64,000 nt of DNA from Squalus acanthias (taxonomy: Eukaryota). Each line of letters begins with the position of its first letter. Within the stretch, counting starts at the first letter, position 1. Below, one piece after another: positions 11,466 through 24,657 of the stretch. The notes below the pieces were generated by a model. That model was not told the DNA's origin, made no database searches, and saw only the letters and a list, made by a program, of their open reading frames with translations. The position numbers and the translations under genes were made by a program. The stretch is taken from positions 65,720,001-65,784,000 of the forward strand of contig CM059440.1 in assembly GCA_030390025.1 (NCBI GenBank). The letters run 5' to 3'.

Positions 11466-11973
11466 GCTTTGCGCAACTCATCTCTGAATAAAGCACAAGT
11501 CTGTTGAAGACACAAATACTGGTTCCCCCTCTGGAGGGGCTGTTTGAATACATTCTTGCATTCCTACACAAGATACAAGAAAAAGCCTGCCCAATAGGCA
11601 AGCCATCCATCTAGCCTGCAACCACTCTCTTAACTCATTACTTTTCTCTTGTTTTACATGCTATCCCTTCCCTCCCATGCCGGTGAAATCAGATTCATCA
11701 GTCTCCAACTCTTAACTATCTTTGACATAACCTCAAAACTCTAACTCCTTTTTTCCTTCAATCTTTTCTCCATCCTACAGCCTTCAGACTTCCAATCACA
11801 ACTTCCAGATTACCTCAGTCTTCTCTTGTATTCTTTTCAACCTAGTTGGTATCCTGCTATATGAGCCTTAACCCTTCACCTGGATTTCTCTAAAGAAAAT
11901 TAGTATCTGGGGAACCAAGTTCCAAAATCACTGTGTGGGGCGGAGTTTGCGCAGATATTTCTAAAAGGTACTT

Positions 11974-13135
11974 AGAACATAAGAACTAGGAGCAGGAGTA
12001 GGCCATATGGCCCTTCGAGCCTGCTCCGCCATTCAATAAGATCATGGCTGATCATCGACATCAACTCCACTTTCCCACCCGATCCCCATATCCTTCGATT
12101 CCCCTAGAGTCCAAAAATCTATCTCGGGCTTGAATATACTCCATGACTCAGCATCCACACCCCTTTGGGGTAGAGAATTACAAAGATTCGCAACCCTGTG
12201 ATTGAAGAAATTCCTTATCTCAGTCTTAAATGGCAGACCGCTTATCCTGAGACTACGCCCCCTAGTTCTAGACTCTCCAGCCAGGGGAAACAGCCTCTCA
12301 GCATCTACCCGGTCAATCCCCCTCAGTATCTTATATGTTCCAATGAGATCACCTCTCATTCTTCTAAAGTCCAGAGAGTAAAGGCCCAATCTACTCAATC
12401 TCTCCTCATAGAACAACCCTCTCATCCCCGGGATCAATCTAGTGAACCTTCGTTGCACCGTCTCTAAGGCAAGTAGGTCCTTCCCCAGATAAGGAGACCA
12501 GAACTATGCACAGTGTTCCAGGTGTGGTCTCACCAAAGCCCTGTACAATTGTAGTAAGACTTCCTTACTCCTGTACTCCAACCCCCTTGCAATAAAGGCC
12601 AACATGCCATTTGCCTTCCTAATTGCTTGCTGTACCTGCATGCCAACTTTGTGTTTCCTGTACGATGACACCTAAAGCTCTCTGGACACCAACATTTAAT
12701 AGTATCTCACCATTTAAAAAATATTTTGTTTTTCTATTCTTCCTACCAAATTGAATAACCTCACATTTCCCCACATTATACTCCACCTTATTGCCCACTC
12801 ACTTAACCTGTCTATATCCCTTTGCAGGCTCTTTGTGTCCCCCTCACAGCTTACTTTCCCACCTAGCTTTGTATCATCCGCAAACTTGGATACATTGCAC
12901 TCGGTCCCTTCATCGGTCATTAATATAGATTGTAAATAGCTGAGGCCCAAGCACTGATCCTTGCGGCACCCCACTAGTTACAGCCTGTCAACCGGAAAAT
13001 GACCCATTTATCCCTACTCTTGTTTTCTGTCCGTTAACCAATCCTCTATCCATGCTAATATATTACCCCCAACCCCATGAGCCCTTATCTTGCGTAGCAA
13101 CCTTTTATGTGGCACCTTATTGAAAGCCTTTTGGA
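11974..13135 (-). mobile_element. CR1 LINE, 5'-truncated
   Basis: [12 protein letters not shown] and QRRFTRLIPGMRGLFYEERL peptides; CR1 3' tail near 11974. Confidence 0.92.
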
Positions 13136-13269
13136 ATACTTTCCACACAAAGACTAGCCCTTATGAAAAACTTGTAGCTAATTCCGAGGCCATTGCAGTG
13201 GAGGGGAGGGGAGGGCGTGCAGGAACTTCCACAGATTCAGTCAATGGCTTTCATGTTAGACTGACTTTT

Positions 13270-14462
13270 GCAGTAGATGTTGTACGTATGGACTTTCAAA
13301 AAGCATTTGATAAAGTACCACATAACAGACTTCCTCAAAAAATAGAAGTACATGGGATTAAAGGGACGGTGGTAACTTGGGTATGTAATTGGCTACAGGA
13401 TAATAGCCGGCATAGGGACAATGGGCTGAATGGTCTCTTTCTGAGTTGTATCATTCTATGATTCTATAGGAGGCAGAGAGTAGTGGTGAACGGATGTTTC
13501 TGACTGGAGCGAAGTATGCAGTGGGGTCCCCCAGGGATCGGTATTAGGACCATTGCTTTTTTGTTACATATAAATGACCTGGACTTGGGTACAGGGAGTA
13601 CAATTTCAAAGTTTTCAGATGATATAAAACTTGGCAATGTAGTAAATAGTGAGCATGACATCAGACTTCAGGAGGCTAGAGACAGACTGGTGAAATGGGC
13701 TGACACATTATCTAATTTAATGCAGATAAGTGTGAAGTGATACAGTGTGGGAGGAACAACATGGAAAGGCAGTATAATCTAAATGGTATTATTTTGAGGG
13801 GGGGTGCATAGTCACAAATCTTTGAAGGTGACAGGGTCAGTTGATAAAAAGGTTAAGAAAGCGCAAAGATACTTGGCTTTGTAAATAGGGGCATTGAATA
13901 CAATAACAAGTCATGTTAAACCTTTACAAATCACTGTTTAGGATTCAGCTGGAGTATTGTGTACAATTCAGGGCACCACAGTTTAGGATGTCTAGGCCTT
14001 GGAGAGGTTACAGAGGAGCTTTACGAGGGATGAGGTGTCAGTTGTGTGGACAGATTGGAGAAGCTGGGATTGCTCACCTTATAGCAGAGAAAGTTAAGGG
14101 GAGACCTAATAGAGGTATTCAAAATTATAAGGGCTTCTGATAGAGCAAGTAGGGAGAAACGGTTTCCTCTGGCAAGTGGGTCGGTAACCAGAGGTCACAG
14201 ATTTAAAATAATTGGTAAAAGTAATGGGGAAATGAGGAGAAATTTTTTCCCCACACAGAGGGTTGTTAAGATCTGGAACACACTATCTGAATGGGTGGTG
14301 GAAGCAGATTCCATAGGAAATTTCAAAAGGCAATTGGGCATGTATTTGCAGGCTTATGGGGAAAAAGCTGGGGTGTGGGACTAAATTGGATAGCTCTTTC
14401 AAAGAGCCTGCAGAGGCACGACGGGATGAACAGCCTCTTTCTGTGCTGTAATATTCTATGAT
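13270..14462 (+). mobile_element. CR1 LINE, 5'-truncated, with a nested CR1 tail at ~13401-13466
   Basis: MDFQKAFDKVPHNRL, KFSDDIKLG, QLEYCVQF; attctatgatt tail. Confidence 0.9.
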
Positions 14463-16094
14463 TCATCTATTTGATTTCCCAACAGTTGCTTGACAGCTAC
14501 CATAAGTGGTTGAATGCAATTTGTGAATTGAGACATTTAGCCAGGTGTGTTAGCAGAGGTAAGCGTGTCTGGGGCAAATTCGTCCTCAATGTGATTGGCC
14601 AATGGCTACAATGGTAGTCTAGCCAGTTGAAGCCAGTAGCATTTATGAGACAAATTGTAATTGCTGAAAACATACTTTGCTTAGTACTTCTTGTAACCAA
14701 CAATACAAGATTGCCCCAGTACTGTACCTACTCTTCAGTCTGTTTTAAAGCTGGTCAATGACATTCGACTCGTGAAGTGCAGGGCTTTTCCAATAAGGGC
14801 TGCATCTTCTACAAGACCAGGTTATCCAGATAGCTTTGTACAACCACTTGGGACATTCTATGACACTTTCCTGTCATTTCAGAAAGATGGAAAGACCAAA
14901 GTGCCCTTTGTCCCTTAACAGCACCATCCCAAAAGATTGTGTCCAGGCTAAAGTCAGCACCCACCAGAACCAATATGAATCAACAGTTGAGATAAACACC
15001 CATTATATTTTAGTCAACACCTTCAAGATCCTCTCTAGCTGTGCAATGTACTTGGGAGCATCCATCATATCGCATTGGTTTGCTGATTGCTCAAGATGGC
15101 TTCCAGCTTCTGCTGTACTTGAAGCAAATTCAATGCATTCAACTCAGTTAAATGGGATCGCAGTATTAGCAAGAAAAAGTAATGCCGGTGCATCAGGGTG
15201 AAGTAGAACTGTTGCCCTTGGGTACTCTGACATTATTTAGCTTGGGGGGTTTGGAGGGGCGGGGAGACCTGTGGGGTATGTTTCTTAGTTGCTTTACCCA
15301 AGTCTTAGCAATCTCTGAAGACTTAATTCCAAGGGACCCCGTATATTTAATTCTCAGCTGCCCTGTGTGCATTCAAGACAGGTACCAGACCTTGTGCCAA
15401 ATGGTATAACAGAACACTTTGGTTACTGAGCTCGGATATTAGATGCATTGAAGCGGGATGAAGTTACAGTATTGACAGCAATTGGTGCAACAAGGTGCAC
15501 CTATTAGCTGCCAATACAAACCAGGACCCTTCTGATTGGTGTGGTTCAGTGTTAAATCAAGTGGTGCCTTTATCCATTGGGGGAGATGCGAAGGGAAAAA
15601 CTAGGAAATACATACCATGAACATTAGCACGCCGTGCCCTGCCACCTCCGTTGTCATGGTGACATCCTCCCGCACCATTGTTGGCTGTCCTCCAGACTCT
15701 ATACTGCACAGTACCGATGAGAACAGGCTCTATACTGCACAGTACTGATGAGAGCAGAGTCTATACTGGGAAAAGGGAATGGAAAGATAGGCTGAGATGA
15801 GGTAGATGGAATGGGAGTATAAACACCAGCACAGACTAGTTGGGCTGAATGGCCTGTTTCTGTGCTGTACGGAGGAGAGCAGAATCCACACTGCACAGCT
15901 TGAGCATGCAGATTCCTTTTGCAAAATTTGGATTTTAAAACCACCAATAATTCTTACTCCAATTTTATTCCTTCGCCCCTCTTTTCCTGAAGGCAGTAAT
16001 GCTGCATTCACGAGCAACTGTGGTCGTCCAGTATTTCACCCAGTAGCCATTTCCATCAGACCTCGAGGTGGTTTTTCACTCCTTATCAGACAGT

Positions 16095-16450
16095 GAGAAG
16101 CCGAGCCTGGAGACCAGGACAGTCCCAGGTTTGATCAGCAGTCTGTGCGGAGTTAGCTGATCTCAGACAGAGTGGCAGTGAGGGGGCTACAAGTGGCCCG
16201 AGACAAGGGAGGGGTAATCAGCCAGAGTCCCCACTTCAGTGTTGTCCAGTGCCCATCCAACCCCGGTAGAAGCACATACACACGAGCATCAGGCACAGGC
16301 AGGATTTGACTCAGCTGACACCCTGGCCAATAAATAGCTTGCCAGTCAACGCTTACAGATGTATAAGGGTGAGGGGAAAGTGGGCACTCAACACCATGGA
16401 ATAGTATTTCATTAACACCTTCAGGAGCAGAGAGAAAATTGAAGGAAAAA
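16095..16450 (+). mobile_element. Ancient SINE (AmnSINE2-like); similar fragments near 26790-27040, 36430-36620(-), 52930-53060
   Basis: gtcccaggttt...gagttagctgatctcag...aatcagccag...ccttcaggag pattern recurring in the window; family name from memory. Confidence 0.5.
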
Positions 16451-17455
16451 AAAGCATGTGTCAAATTACTGCAGTCGGTATCATTGAAAAAGGACTTCAG
16501 TGGAACAGTTCCCCTTGAACTGGACGTAGATATGCATTGGATGCACTTATAATTCAAGATGTTGCAACACTTGCTGTAGGATCAGAATCAAATCGCTCTG
16601 AAGAGTTTTTAATCCTACAATTGTAGTGGTTTGTTAATCAATCCCCGTGACCTTTGCTGGCGTGCAGTTTCTAGGTGCTCAAGTGGCCATTCTTCCTGTG
16701 TGACCTTGGACAGCAAATATCAGCAGGCTGTGGAAAGCAGCACAAGTGAGCCAGATGCCATCCTCACCAAATATCCACACGGCACTTTCGATGGTGCAGC
16801 CCTGCTCACGTACACAGCTCTGAACACTGAACTGTTCATTTTAGTGTCTGGCCCATTAACGTATTCTCTGCTGCTAATTATTTCTTTTATGTAGTGTTTA
16901 CAAACATTCTCCAATGGTGTGTCTGGATTGGATGAGTGCTTCTTTAGATTCTGCTCAAACACTACAGAGCGGCCACTGATAGCCAGCCAGAGAATGGTGA
17001 GCGAGCAGAGCATCCTGCCCAATACCCCTTCAACAAAAACTGATTCGTACAGTCCGAAATCAAAAGCCAGCATACTTACTGAACCTCTTTTGCCAAGTGT
17101 CTCCCCTCCGCTCCAGGGACATTCCATGGATGTTAGCAGCCCTTGTTCAAGTGGTTAATCTTTGTGTAGAAGCTCTTCCACCCGATGCGGGGAATAGTCA
17201 AGCCCAAACACTAGAGTGCTCAACGCACATACACCTCACTGGGGTGCAGTAAGGGGGCAGGGCACTCGGTTGGTTTTCTCTTTCTATAGGCCAGGGATGC
17301 TGGCATCCCAACACTGGCGCTAGCTAGGACCAGCTGACTCCGCGCAGGCCAGTGATCCAAACTGCCTTGATCTGCACCCTCTATCACTCGTGTACTTTCC
17401 ATAATACATGTCTACAGAAGCATCCCTTCACAGACCTGCGGAAATGAACGAAAAC

Positions 17456-17606
17456 NNNNNNNNNNNNNNNNNNNNNNNNNNNNNNNNNNNNNNNNNNNNN
17501 NNNNNNNNNNNNNNNNNNNNNNNNNNNNNNNNNNNNNNNNNNNNNNNNNNNNNNNNNNNNNNNNNNNNNNNNNNNNNNNNNNNNNNNNNNNNNNNNNNNN
17601 NNNNNN
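17456..17606. other. 151-bp N run (assembly gap or masked segment)
   Basis: Run of Ns. Confidence 0.99.
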
Positions 17607-18589
17607 AATATGCAGATTTCATAGCACTGAAAAATCTCAAATTGTGTTTCTTCATCATTTTTTGTGAGCTTCAACTGAACCTAAACTTTTTTTCCACACC
17701 TTGATTATAAAGGAAAAACGTGATCTGTTGCTCTCCTTGAACTAGAGCACAACTTTATACATACAGAAACTTGTACATTACCCTCGCAGGATATGGCCGA
17801 TGGAAATAAAAGCTATCGTCACTTCTCGCTTGACCATGTCATGAAAATTGTAAACCTCATTCTACAAGAGAAGGAAAAAAACAACCAACTCTGAGGGTAT
17901 GTGCATTGTACAACTTCTATATACAATCACAGCTCAGGGGCTGAGGCTGCAGTTTAAAACCAGTCAGGAAGTGAAAGAGGAAAGTCCATACAATCAAGGG
18001 GAGGTCAGGGTGTTGTAGATACACACATGATACTTTGAGAAGGGGGAAAAGCCTTTTTCACGTTTACTGTAAACTAAAAAGTTTTAAAACTACAGTTTGC
18101 TGCCAAACCAGCATTTCTCAATGTGAAACATTGTTTACAGCTGGTCGAAGGTTACATACGTCTAGGGTCTAATGCGCAGGCTGTCTCCTGCATGGCGTAC
18201 ACAGAGCTTCCGACGAGCCACCTTCCAGTGGTTAAGTTACAATTCAGAGTACAGCACTGAACCACAAAGATTTCCCAAGTCACTTAGGTTCCAAAATTTA
18301 CCATAAAAACCTCGAAGCAGGGCCCTCCAGGAACGAGGCAGTCTCCCAAACTCACTGTAAACGAGACAGCAACTTTGGTTAAAAAATTTCAGACTTATAC
18401 ACAGGCAGCAAACATTCATTGTTTTTTTTCCTCTGGTACTTGATCAAAATGACTACAATATCCTTCCATTGTTAAGAGTGGGTGGGGGCAGATTTTGGGA
18501 ACAGAGGTGGTTTTTGCATAAATAAAGACAGAAACAGTCGATTCAAAGATCTCCACTCACGCACACACACGGTAAGGTTCCCACGGCTG
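17607..18589 (-). other. ARID1A: ARID1A 3' UTR (distal end hidden by N run)
   Basis: Repeat-free sequence after the stop. Blocks such as aaagtatcatgtgtg, ctacaacaccctgacct and taggttcagttgaag...aagaaacacaat resemble the mammalian ARID1A 3' UTR as recalled. Confidence 0.7.
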
Positions 18590-20290
18590 TCATGACTGGC
18601 CTATCATGAAGAGTACATCACAAATTACATTTGTAACCAGCGAGTTCAGGAGAGGCGATACAGAGATATCTAGCAGTCGCGCCTCATGCAACGTGAACTC
18701 AGAGTGGTTTTCTTCTACTTTTGCCATTGCCAGCAGGGCCTTGGCTGCCCGGCGCATCATGTCCATACTTGTTGGCTCAATAGGTGCAGTCTGCAAGTGC
18801 ATCAGGCTGGACTGACTCTGCTGGAGTTGAGTGGCAGCAAGGCTATCTTCCAAAAAGCCCAGCAGGTTACTGATGCTTCCCTTCCGAACGGCGATCGCTC
18901 GGGCAGCCAGGCTATCTCCCTGCGCCAGATTTGCCAACAGCACCACACACATTTCACGGCACACCTGGCTTTTCCGTTCCCCGATGAGCCGGACCAGTAT
19001 CCCATAAAGTTTCTCCAAACGACTAAAAGGAGGCGTCGCCAGGATCAGGTCCACGTTATTGTCCTGGATACTGAGTTTACATAAGCTCTCCAGGACGAGT
19101 CTCTGGGGGGAGAGTATTGCGTTGGGACCTAGCATTGGGAAAGGGTCTTGGGCTTCTGCTGCAGGACACACAGCCCAGTGCAACAATCCATCCAGAATTG
19201 GCAAGCAGATACTTTCCGGGTACAGAGACAGGTCTAGCTGCCCAGAAATGTTGGCCAATGTGACAAGAGTGTTTTCCCGTAATACTTCTAAACAGTCCCA
19301 CCACCACTCATCACTATCACAGCTCACACCTTCATCCTCCTCATCCTCCTTCTCGTACGTTAATGGCGCCTGTTTCCGTTCAGGGTGTTCGTGGTGCTGC
19401 AGGATCAGCTTGCCCAAGATGAGCAGCAAGCCAGGGTGTTTTGACATCTCTGCGTCATTCCCAGGCACAAACGACAAGCTGCGGACGATGTTTGATATAC
19501 AGATACACCGCTTCGCTAAAGAGTCCTGCCAGTCCGCCATCATACATAGCGGCACCTCATCCCGGCTGCAAGGCTCATCCTCAAGAATTTTGATATTTTT
19601 ATGACTTTGTGCCTGGTGAATAGCGAAAGGAAACTTGCTGCTCTCTGTGTTCCCCACTACTGAACCGTTTACTGCCTCCTTGTTCAAGGAGCCAGGCCTC
19701 GCTGACAGAACATCATCCATGGTTGCAGTTATGCTTTTCTCAGGCTCCTCAGCCGTTGCTGTTGTCTCGGTTTCTCCCTCTGCTGTCCCTTTTTTGCTCT
19801 CGGCTGTGTGCCTTTTTGTGGATACTGCACGGGCCGTGGTTCGTTTTCGCAGCGGTACCTGCGTCTTACCCTCAAAGTGTGTTTGGATGTGTTCTGTAGT
19901 GTCACCTCCCCCAATCTGCCAGTGCAGCAAACCACTGTCGAACTCCTGCACCCTGCCCAACTTATCCGAGCGATCCACCACAAACAGGTCACTCTTTCTA
20001 ACTATTTTCACAGGAAGTCTGTCAAACTTGCTGATGTGCTTGGGATTCTCCTCTGTGCTCTCGATGGTCGTGGTATCCTCGGTTGCGTTAGCTGCCATTT
20101 CCTCCTCACTGATGTTGCACTCGTCTTCCTCCGCCTCAAGCTCTGACTGCAGTTTTACTTTCCCAAACTGCTCTGGATCCAGCAGTGTCTTTTGGCCAGG
20201 GTCCCCGATCTCGTACTCTTTCAGAATTCCAAATATTTCAATCAAGCATCGCCGGAAATACTCCACCAGAAGCTCCAGGAATCCAGGTAA
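18590..20290 (-). CDS. ARID1A: ARID1A exon 20 (last; BAF250 C-terminal ARM-like domain)
   Basis: Acceptor cttttcccag, 567 codons [21 protein letters not shown]...[26 protein letters not shown]...[11 protein letters not shown]. The GQS terminus and adjacency to PIGV favour ARID1A over ARID1B. Confidence 0.97.
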   Translation of the reverse strand, partial: LPGFLELLVEYFRRCLIEIFGILKEYEIGDPGQKTLLDPEQFGKVKLQSELEAEEDECNISEEEMAANATEDTTTIESTEENPKHISKFDRLPVKIVRKSDLFVVDRSDKLGRVQEFDSGLLHWQIGGGDTTEHIQTHFEGKTQVPLRKRTTARAVSTKRHTAESKKGTAEGETETTATAEEPEKSITATMDDVLSARPGSLNKEAVNGSVVGNTESSKFPFAIHQAQSHKNIKILEDEPCSRDEVPLCMMADWQDSLAKRCICISNIVRSLSFVPGNDAEMSKHPGLLLILGKLILQHHEHPERKQAPLTYEKEDEEDEGVSCDSDEWWWDCLEVLRENTLVTLANISGQLDLSLYPESICLPILDGLLHWAVCPAAEAQDPFPMLGPNAILSPQRLVLESLCKLSIQDNNVDLILATPPFSRLEKLYGILVRLIGERKSQVCREMCVVLLANLAQGDSLAARAIAVRKGSISNLLGFLEDSLAATQLQQSQSSLMHLQTAPIEPTSMDMMRRAAKALLAMAKVEENHSEFTLHEARLLDISVSPLLNSLVTNVICDVLFMIGQS

Positions 20291-20769
20291 CTGGGAAAAG
20301 ATAAAACAGAGGTGAGGGGTCGAGTGCAGGCCAGCATCTCTAAGCAGAAAGGTGAGCAGGTTCCAGCAGGACAACATGAAACCCCAGCTTTGTGCCTGTT
20401 CACTTCAGTCCTGGAACAACCAATCCTCAGACCTGAGCCACATTTTGCTTGTGAACCAGCTCTTGGCATTGGCAGCACAAGAAAAGTTTAAAGTCCAGAA
20501 GCACGGACATCTGTGCTGAGGACCAAGAGAGAGACAGGGGCTGTAACAATCCTGCACTGGCACTGTTACACAGCTTTACTGCATAAATTAGCACCAAATA
20601 AACCCAATTACAAACATTTTTACTTTCATTAATTACTTTAAGTTTTTTTTAATATTCTTGGCAACTTCCTCTCCCTTCCTGAAGCCGCTGGCTCTCACTA
20701 ACGTGCAGATTCGCGGGCGATACTTCAATCAAGTGGCCGCTGTTCACGTGAACCCTGATGCTAGTGTTC

Positions 20770-21430
20770 ATTGAATCATACAGCACAGAAGACCATTCGT
20801 CCATTGGGCCTGTGCCGGCTCTTTCAAAGAACTATCCAATTAGTCCCACTTTTCCCTGCTCTTTCATCATAGCCCTGCAAATTTTTCCTATATCTCCAAT
20901 TCCCTTTTTGAATGTACGATTGAATCTGCTTCCACCACCCTTTCAGGTAGTGCATTCCAGATCACAACAACTCGCTGCATAAATAAAATTTCTCATCTCC
21001 CTTCTGGTTCTTTTGTCAATTATTTTAAATCTGCGTCCTCGGATTACAGACCCTCCTGCCACTGGAAACAGTTTCTCCCCATCTACTCTATCAAAACCTT
21101 TCATGACTTTGAACACCTCTCTCAAATCTCCCTTTAACCTACTCTGCTCGAAGGAGAACAACCCTAGTTTCTCCAGTCTCGCCGCATACCACTCATCCCT
21201 GGTACCACTCTAGTAAATCGCCTCTGCACCCTCTCCAAGGCCTTGACAGCCTTCCTAAAGTGTGGAGCCCAGAATTGAACAAAATGCTCTAGCTAAGGCC
21301 TAACCTGTGTTTTATAAAGGTTTAATGCAACTTCCTTGCTTTTGCACTCTATGCCTGTTTATGAAGCCAAGGATCCCGTATGTTTGTCTTTTAAAAATAG
21401 CCTTCTCAACTTGTCCTGCCACCTTCAAAT
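20770..21430 (-). mobile_element. CR1 LINE 3' fragment
   Basis: FSFEQSRLKGDLREVFKVMKGFDRV peptide; CR1 tail. Confidence 0.88.
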
Positions 21431-23094
21431 TGACAACATTTAACCTCTGGAAGCATCACAGAAGAGCTAGCATCAGCACAGACACGATGGGCCAAATGGC
21501 CTGCCAATTGCTGCAAATTCTATGCTTCCAGCTCTGCCAGTGACACTGAATAATTAGAGCATTGCCAACCGATCGGGATGAAAGTTAAAGTGACTAATTG
21601 GTCACTTTCCCCTTCCCTCCTGTGAGGGAAACAACTCGCAACCTGACCTGCAGCATGAACTTGTCAAAGGAAGCCAACTCCAGGCCCTCATGTCTCATCA
21701 CTCCCTCCTATACAAGCTTTTCCATTTTTATTTTTTGGTGAATGTTTGTGTTTGTTAAGACCTGGGATATTAGTACCTGGGAATGGAATGATTTCTCTAT
21801 TTAGGCAGCAAGTCCTAGCACCGGGTATACCCAGATCAGCTATGGTGTGCCAGCCTCTGAACAAAGCTCACTCTGGTCTACCCTAATTAGACTTAACCCC
21901 AACCTCCAAAGACCAGTCCTACTGCAGGACACATTCACTTGGCACTAGCCGTCCTGTGACCCGAGTGAGATGGCCAGTTTGGTGAATGAGGTGCAGCGAA
22001 GAACACATGTCCATCAGGGCTGGGGCTGAGAGGGTCCAAACCAAGGGTTCTGACAGGCAGCAGTGAGGACATTTTTGTCTCAGTTAACTCTGGTCCCAGA
22101 GGCGAAAGGATGATGTAGCACCTAATCTCAGCCTTCCCCCAACCTGTCCTGTGTTCTGTAAAAATATTTCATAATCATTCGGTATTTTGTGGCCACATTG
22201 CGCATGGCCAGTGTTGAAGTTTTAAAACCCATGAAGAAAATAACTGTTACAACCCAGAGTGCAGCATGCTGAGAATATGAAGCATGGAGGAGAGAACACC
22301 TCATTCTCCTTCATTTCAAATGAAAAAGAATAACTAGAATGCTGTATGGGTGGCCTTCCTTGGCGCGGCTCTCCCCGGCCCTCCCCTCTCTCCCCCCGCC
22401 CCGCCAGCCCGGCATGACCGATACTCCGATGCGTGCTCACAGTGTGCGATGCTCACTCACCGCTAGGACCGCCAAAGTTTACAGAATACTGTCAAAAAAT
22501 AAAGTCTCAGCATGATGGATTCAGAGTGCCTGCTGGTGGTGGTGGTGTTCCAATGTGTCTCTGGTGATGTCTAATACAGTTCACAGATTTTACTAAATCA
22601 AGGAGACGCTGTTCCCAAGAGTGGAGAGCATTTTAAGTTTAGATTAAATGTTAAAGGGCCAAATTTCTTTGCATATATTTCAGGTCTCCTCATCTCCAAA
22701 AATGTCAGGGGAAGGACAGCAAGAGTGCATTAGAGTGAGCGAGCGTGAGCACATGCGAGAGTGAGCGAGCAAGAGTGAACGCACACACGAGCCACCTGCA
22801 CCTCAGAGTGGTTTGTTCATTTTCAAAGCCATAAGTTCCGACTGGTGTACAAGCCTTCCAGAGCCACCTGATGCCTGGTCAACACATGACCAGCTGAGAC
22901 ACCATTGCACTAAGTTTATTCTATCTGGATAGGTACCAGACAGCAGAATCCAGGCACTGAGACTATCCTCTAACCGACTGTGCAGGAAGCAAACTCGCAC
23001 GTCAGATTTCAATCCCAAACTCTGCCCCGAGTGACCAGATTCTGTTCCCAGTCTGCAAGGCTTACTCTGAGTCTGGAGAGTGCTGTTTACTCAC

Positions 23095-23225
23095 CTGTGA
23101 GAGTGTGAAGGTGGCTACACTGCTATCATCGTACAGTAAAATATTAATGGTGTCCAAGGCCCAGGTACTTTCAGCCAGGAGGCCAGATTTAAGGGACATC
23201 ATCACCCGCCAAGCCTCTGGGGTGC
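23095..23225 (-). CDS. ARID1A: ARID1A exon 19
   Basis: cccag|..[44 protein letters not shown]|gtgagt; 131 nt. Confidence 0.96.
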
Positions 23226-23463
23226 CTGGGAATGGAACACAAAGAATGATGCTTAAACCACAATCTGGGGACAGCCTATCACATTCACAACACGCCCGTC
23301 CTGAGCATTACACTGCATTTGCAACCTTTCTCCTCTCTCTCTCCTTTAATCAATACTATGGTCAATGATCATCAAAATAATTCTTCCCTTGTTCCCTCCT
23401 CCGCTCAAATACATTGTCTTACACTTTTCCACCTCTCTGCATCTTCACTGTGCTGACTAGACT

Positions 23464-23601
23464 CATCACACCATCTCCACTCTAACTCATTCTTTCCCAT
23501 CACACCATCTCCACTCTAACTCATTCTTTCCCATCACACCATCTCCACTCTAACTCATTCTTTCCCATCACACCATCTCCACTCTAACTCATTCTTTCCC
23601 A
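23464..23601. repeat. 34-bp tandem repeat, 4 copies
   Basis: Unit catcacaccatctccactctaactcattctttcc. Confidence 0.95.
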
Positions 23602-24657
23602 GGACCTCAAATTTCCCAGCTTCCTTTTCCTACAATCTGCAAGCGTTTGAAATCCAAGTTTGGTGTGGCCGTACTATTTCTCAAATCACCTGGTCTGCAC
23701 CCCACTCCAACGTCAGCCTTAATAAAAAGGCAACATTTAGCAAAACTAGCGACTTTGTCTGGTCAACTGAGCAGCATGATTAATGGGATGTGGTCCTCAA
23801 GGCAGCTCGTGGGCCAACACTAAGTTTAGAATCAGAGCACAGAAGGCGGCCATTTGGCCCATTTTGCCTATGCCGGCTCTTTGTAAAGGTATTAATCCCA
23901 CTTGCCCGCTCTTTCCCCACAGCCCTTGTACCCAGGTTTACTTCATGTGTAATTTTTCCTAAAAAGTTGAACATACAAATGCTTGTCAAATTGTTGTCTT
24001 GTAACACTCCTGTGAAGCGCCTTGGGATGTTTTACTACGTTAAAGGTGCTATATAAATACAAGTAGATGTTGTGAAGAAGCAGAATTCTAATGGTATCTT
24101 GGGCTCGCTTGCTTACTTCATGTCTGGCCTTGTGTGCAGGTACATGGCCAGGTTTCCTGCAACAGCAGCTGACCTGGGTCAGTTTTCGGTTTAACCCTAT
24201 TCAGTTGGGGTTACCCAGATCTACAGTGAACCCCTCAATGGAGCTGGACCATAGAAAGGAGCATTGAGCCACATCTATTTTTAAACTTGTGGGAAAGGTC
24301 ACAGCAACATCACCAGTGCAGACAAGGCATACTGTTAAAAGCGGCAAAAACCCAGGACACAGTTCATCCATCTCACACTTAAAGTATCTCAGAGGAAAAA
24401 AAAATCTGACTAGTGATAATTCATCATCACTCGCGCACAATACAACCTCCAGAACACATAACCAGATACATTTCTCTGCTTTGGGCTGCTTACCAAGGCA
24501 ACATTACCTCTGGTTCACGTGGCCACTCTGCTTGGTATCACCATTCCAGGCCTGCCTACCAGAAGTATTCTGACCAAAACCATCCGCACAACCTCTCAAT
24601 TTATACATCCAAAAGTTCACCAAACTCACCCACTCTAATATAGCCCAGTATGCAGTT

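Noticed and set aside
18606-20315. Plus-strand ORFs up to 226 aa
   Set aside because: Antisense shadows of ARID1A exon 20.
20291-20377. N-terminal part of the 595-aa ORF (MLSCWN...)
   Set aside because: Intronic read-through before the acceptor at 20291; similarity to ARID1A starts at LPGFLE.
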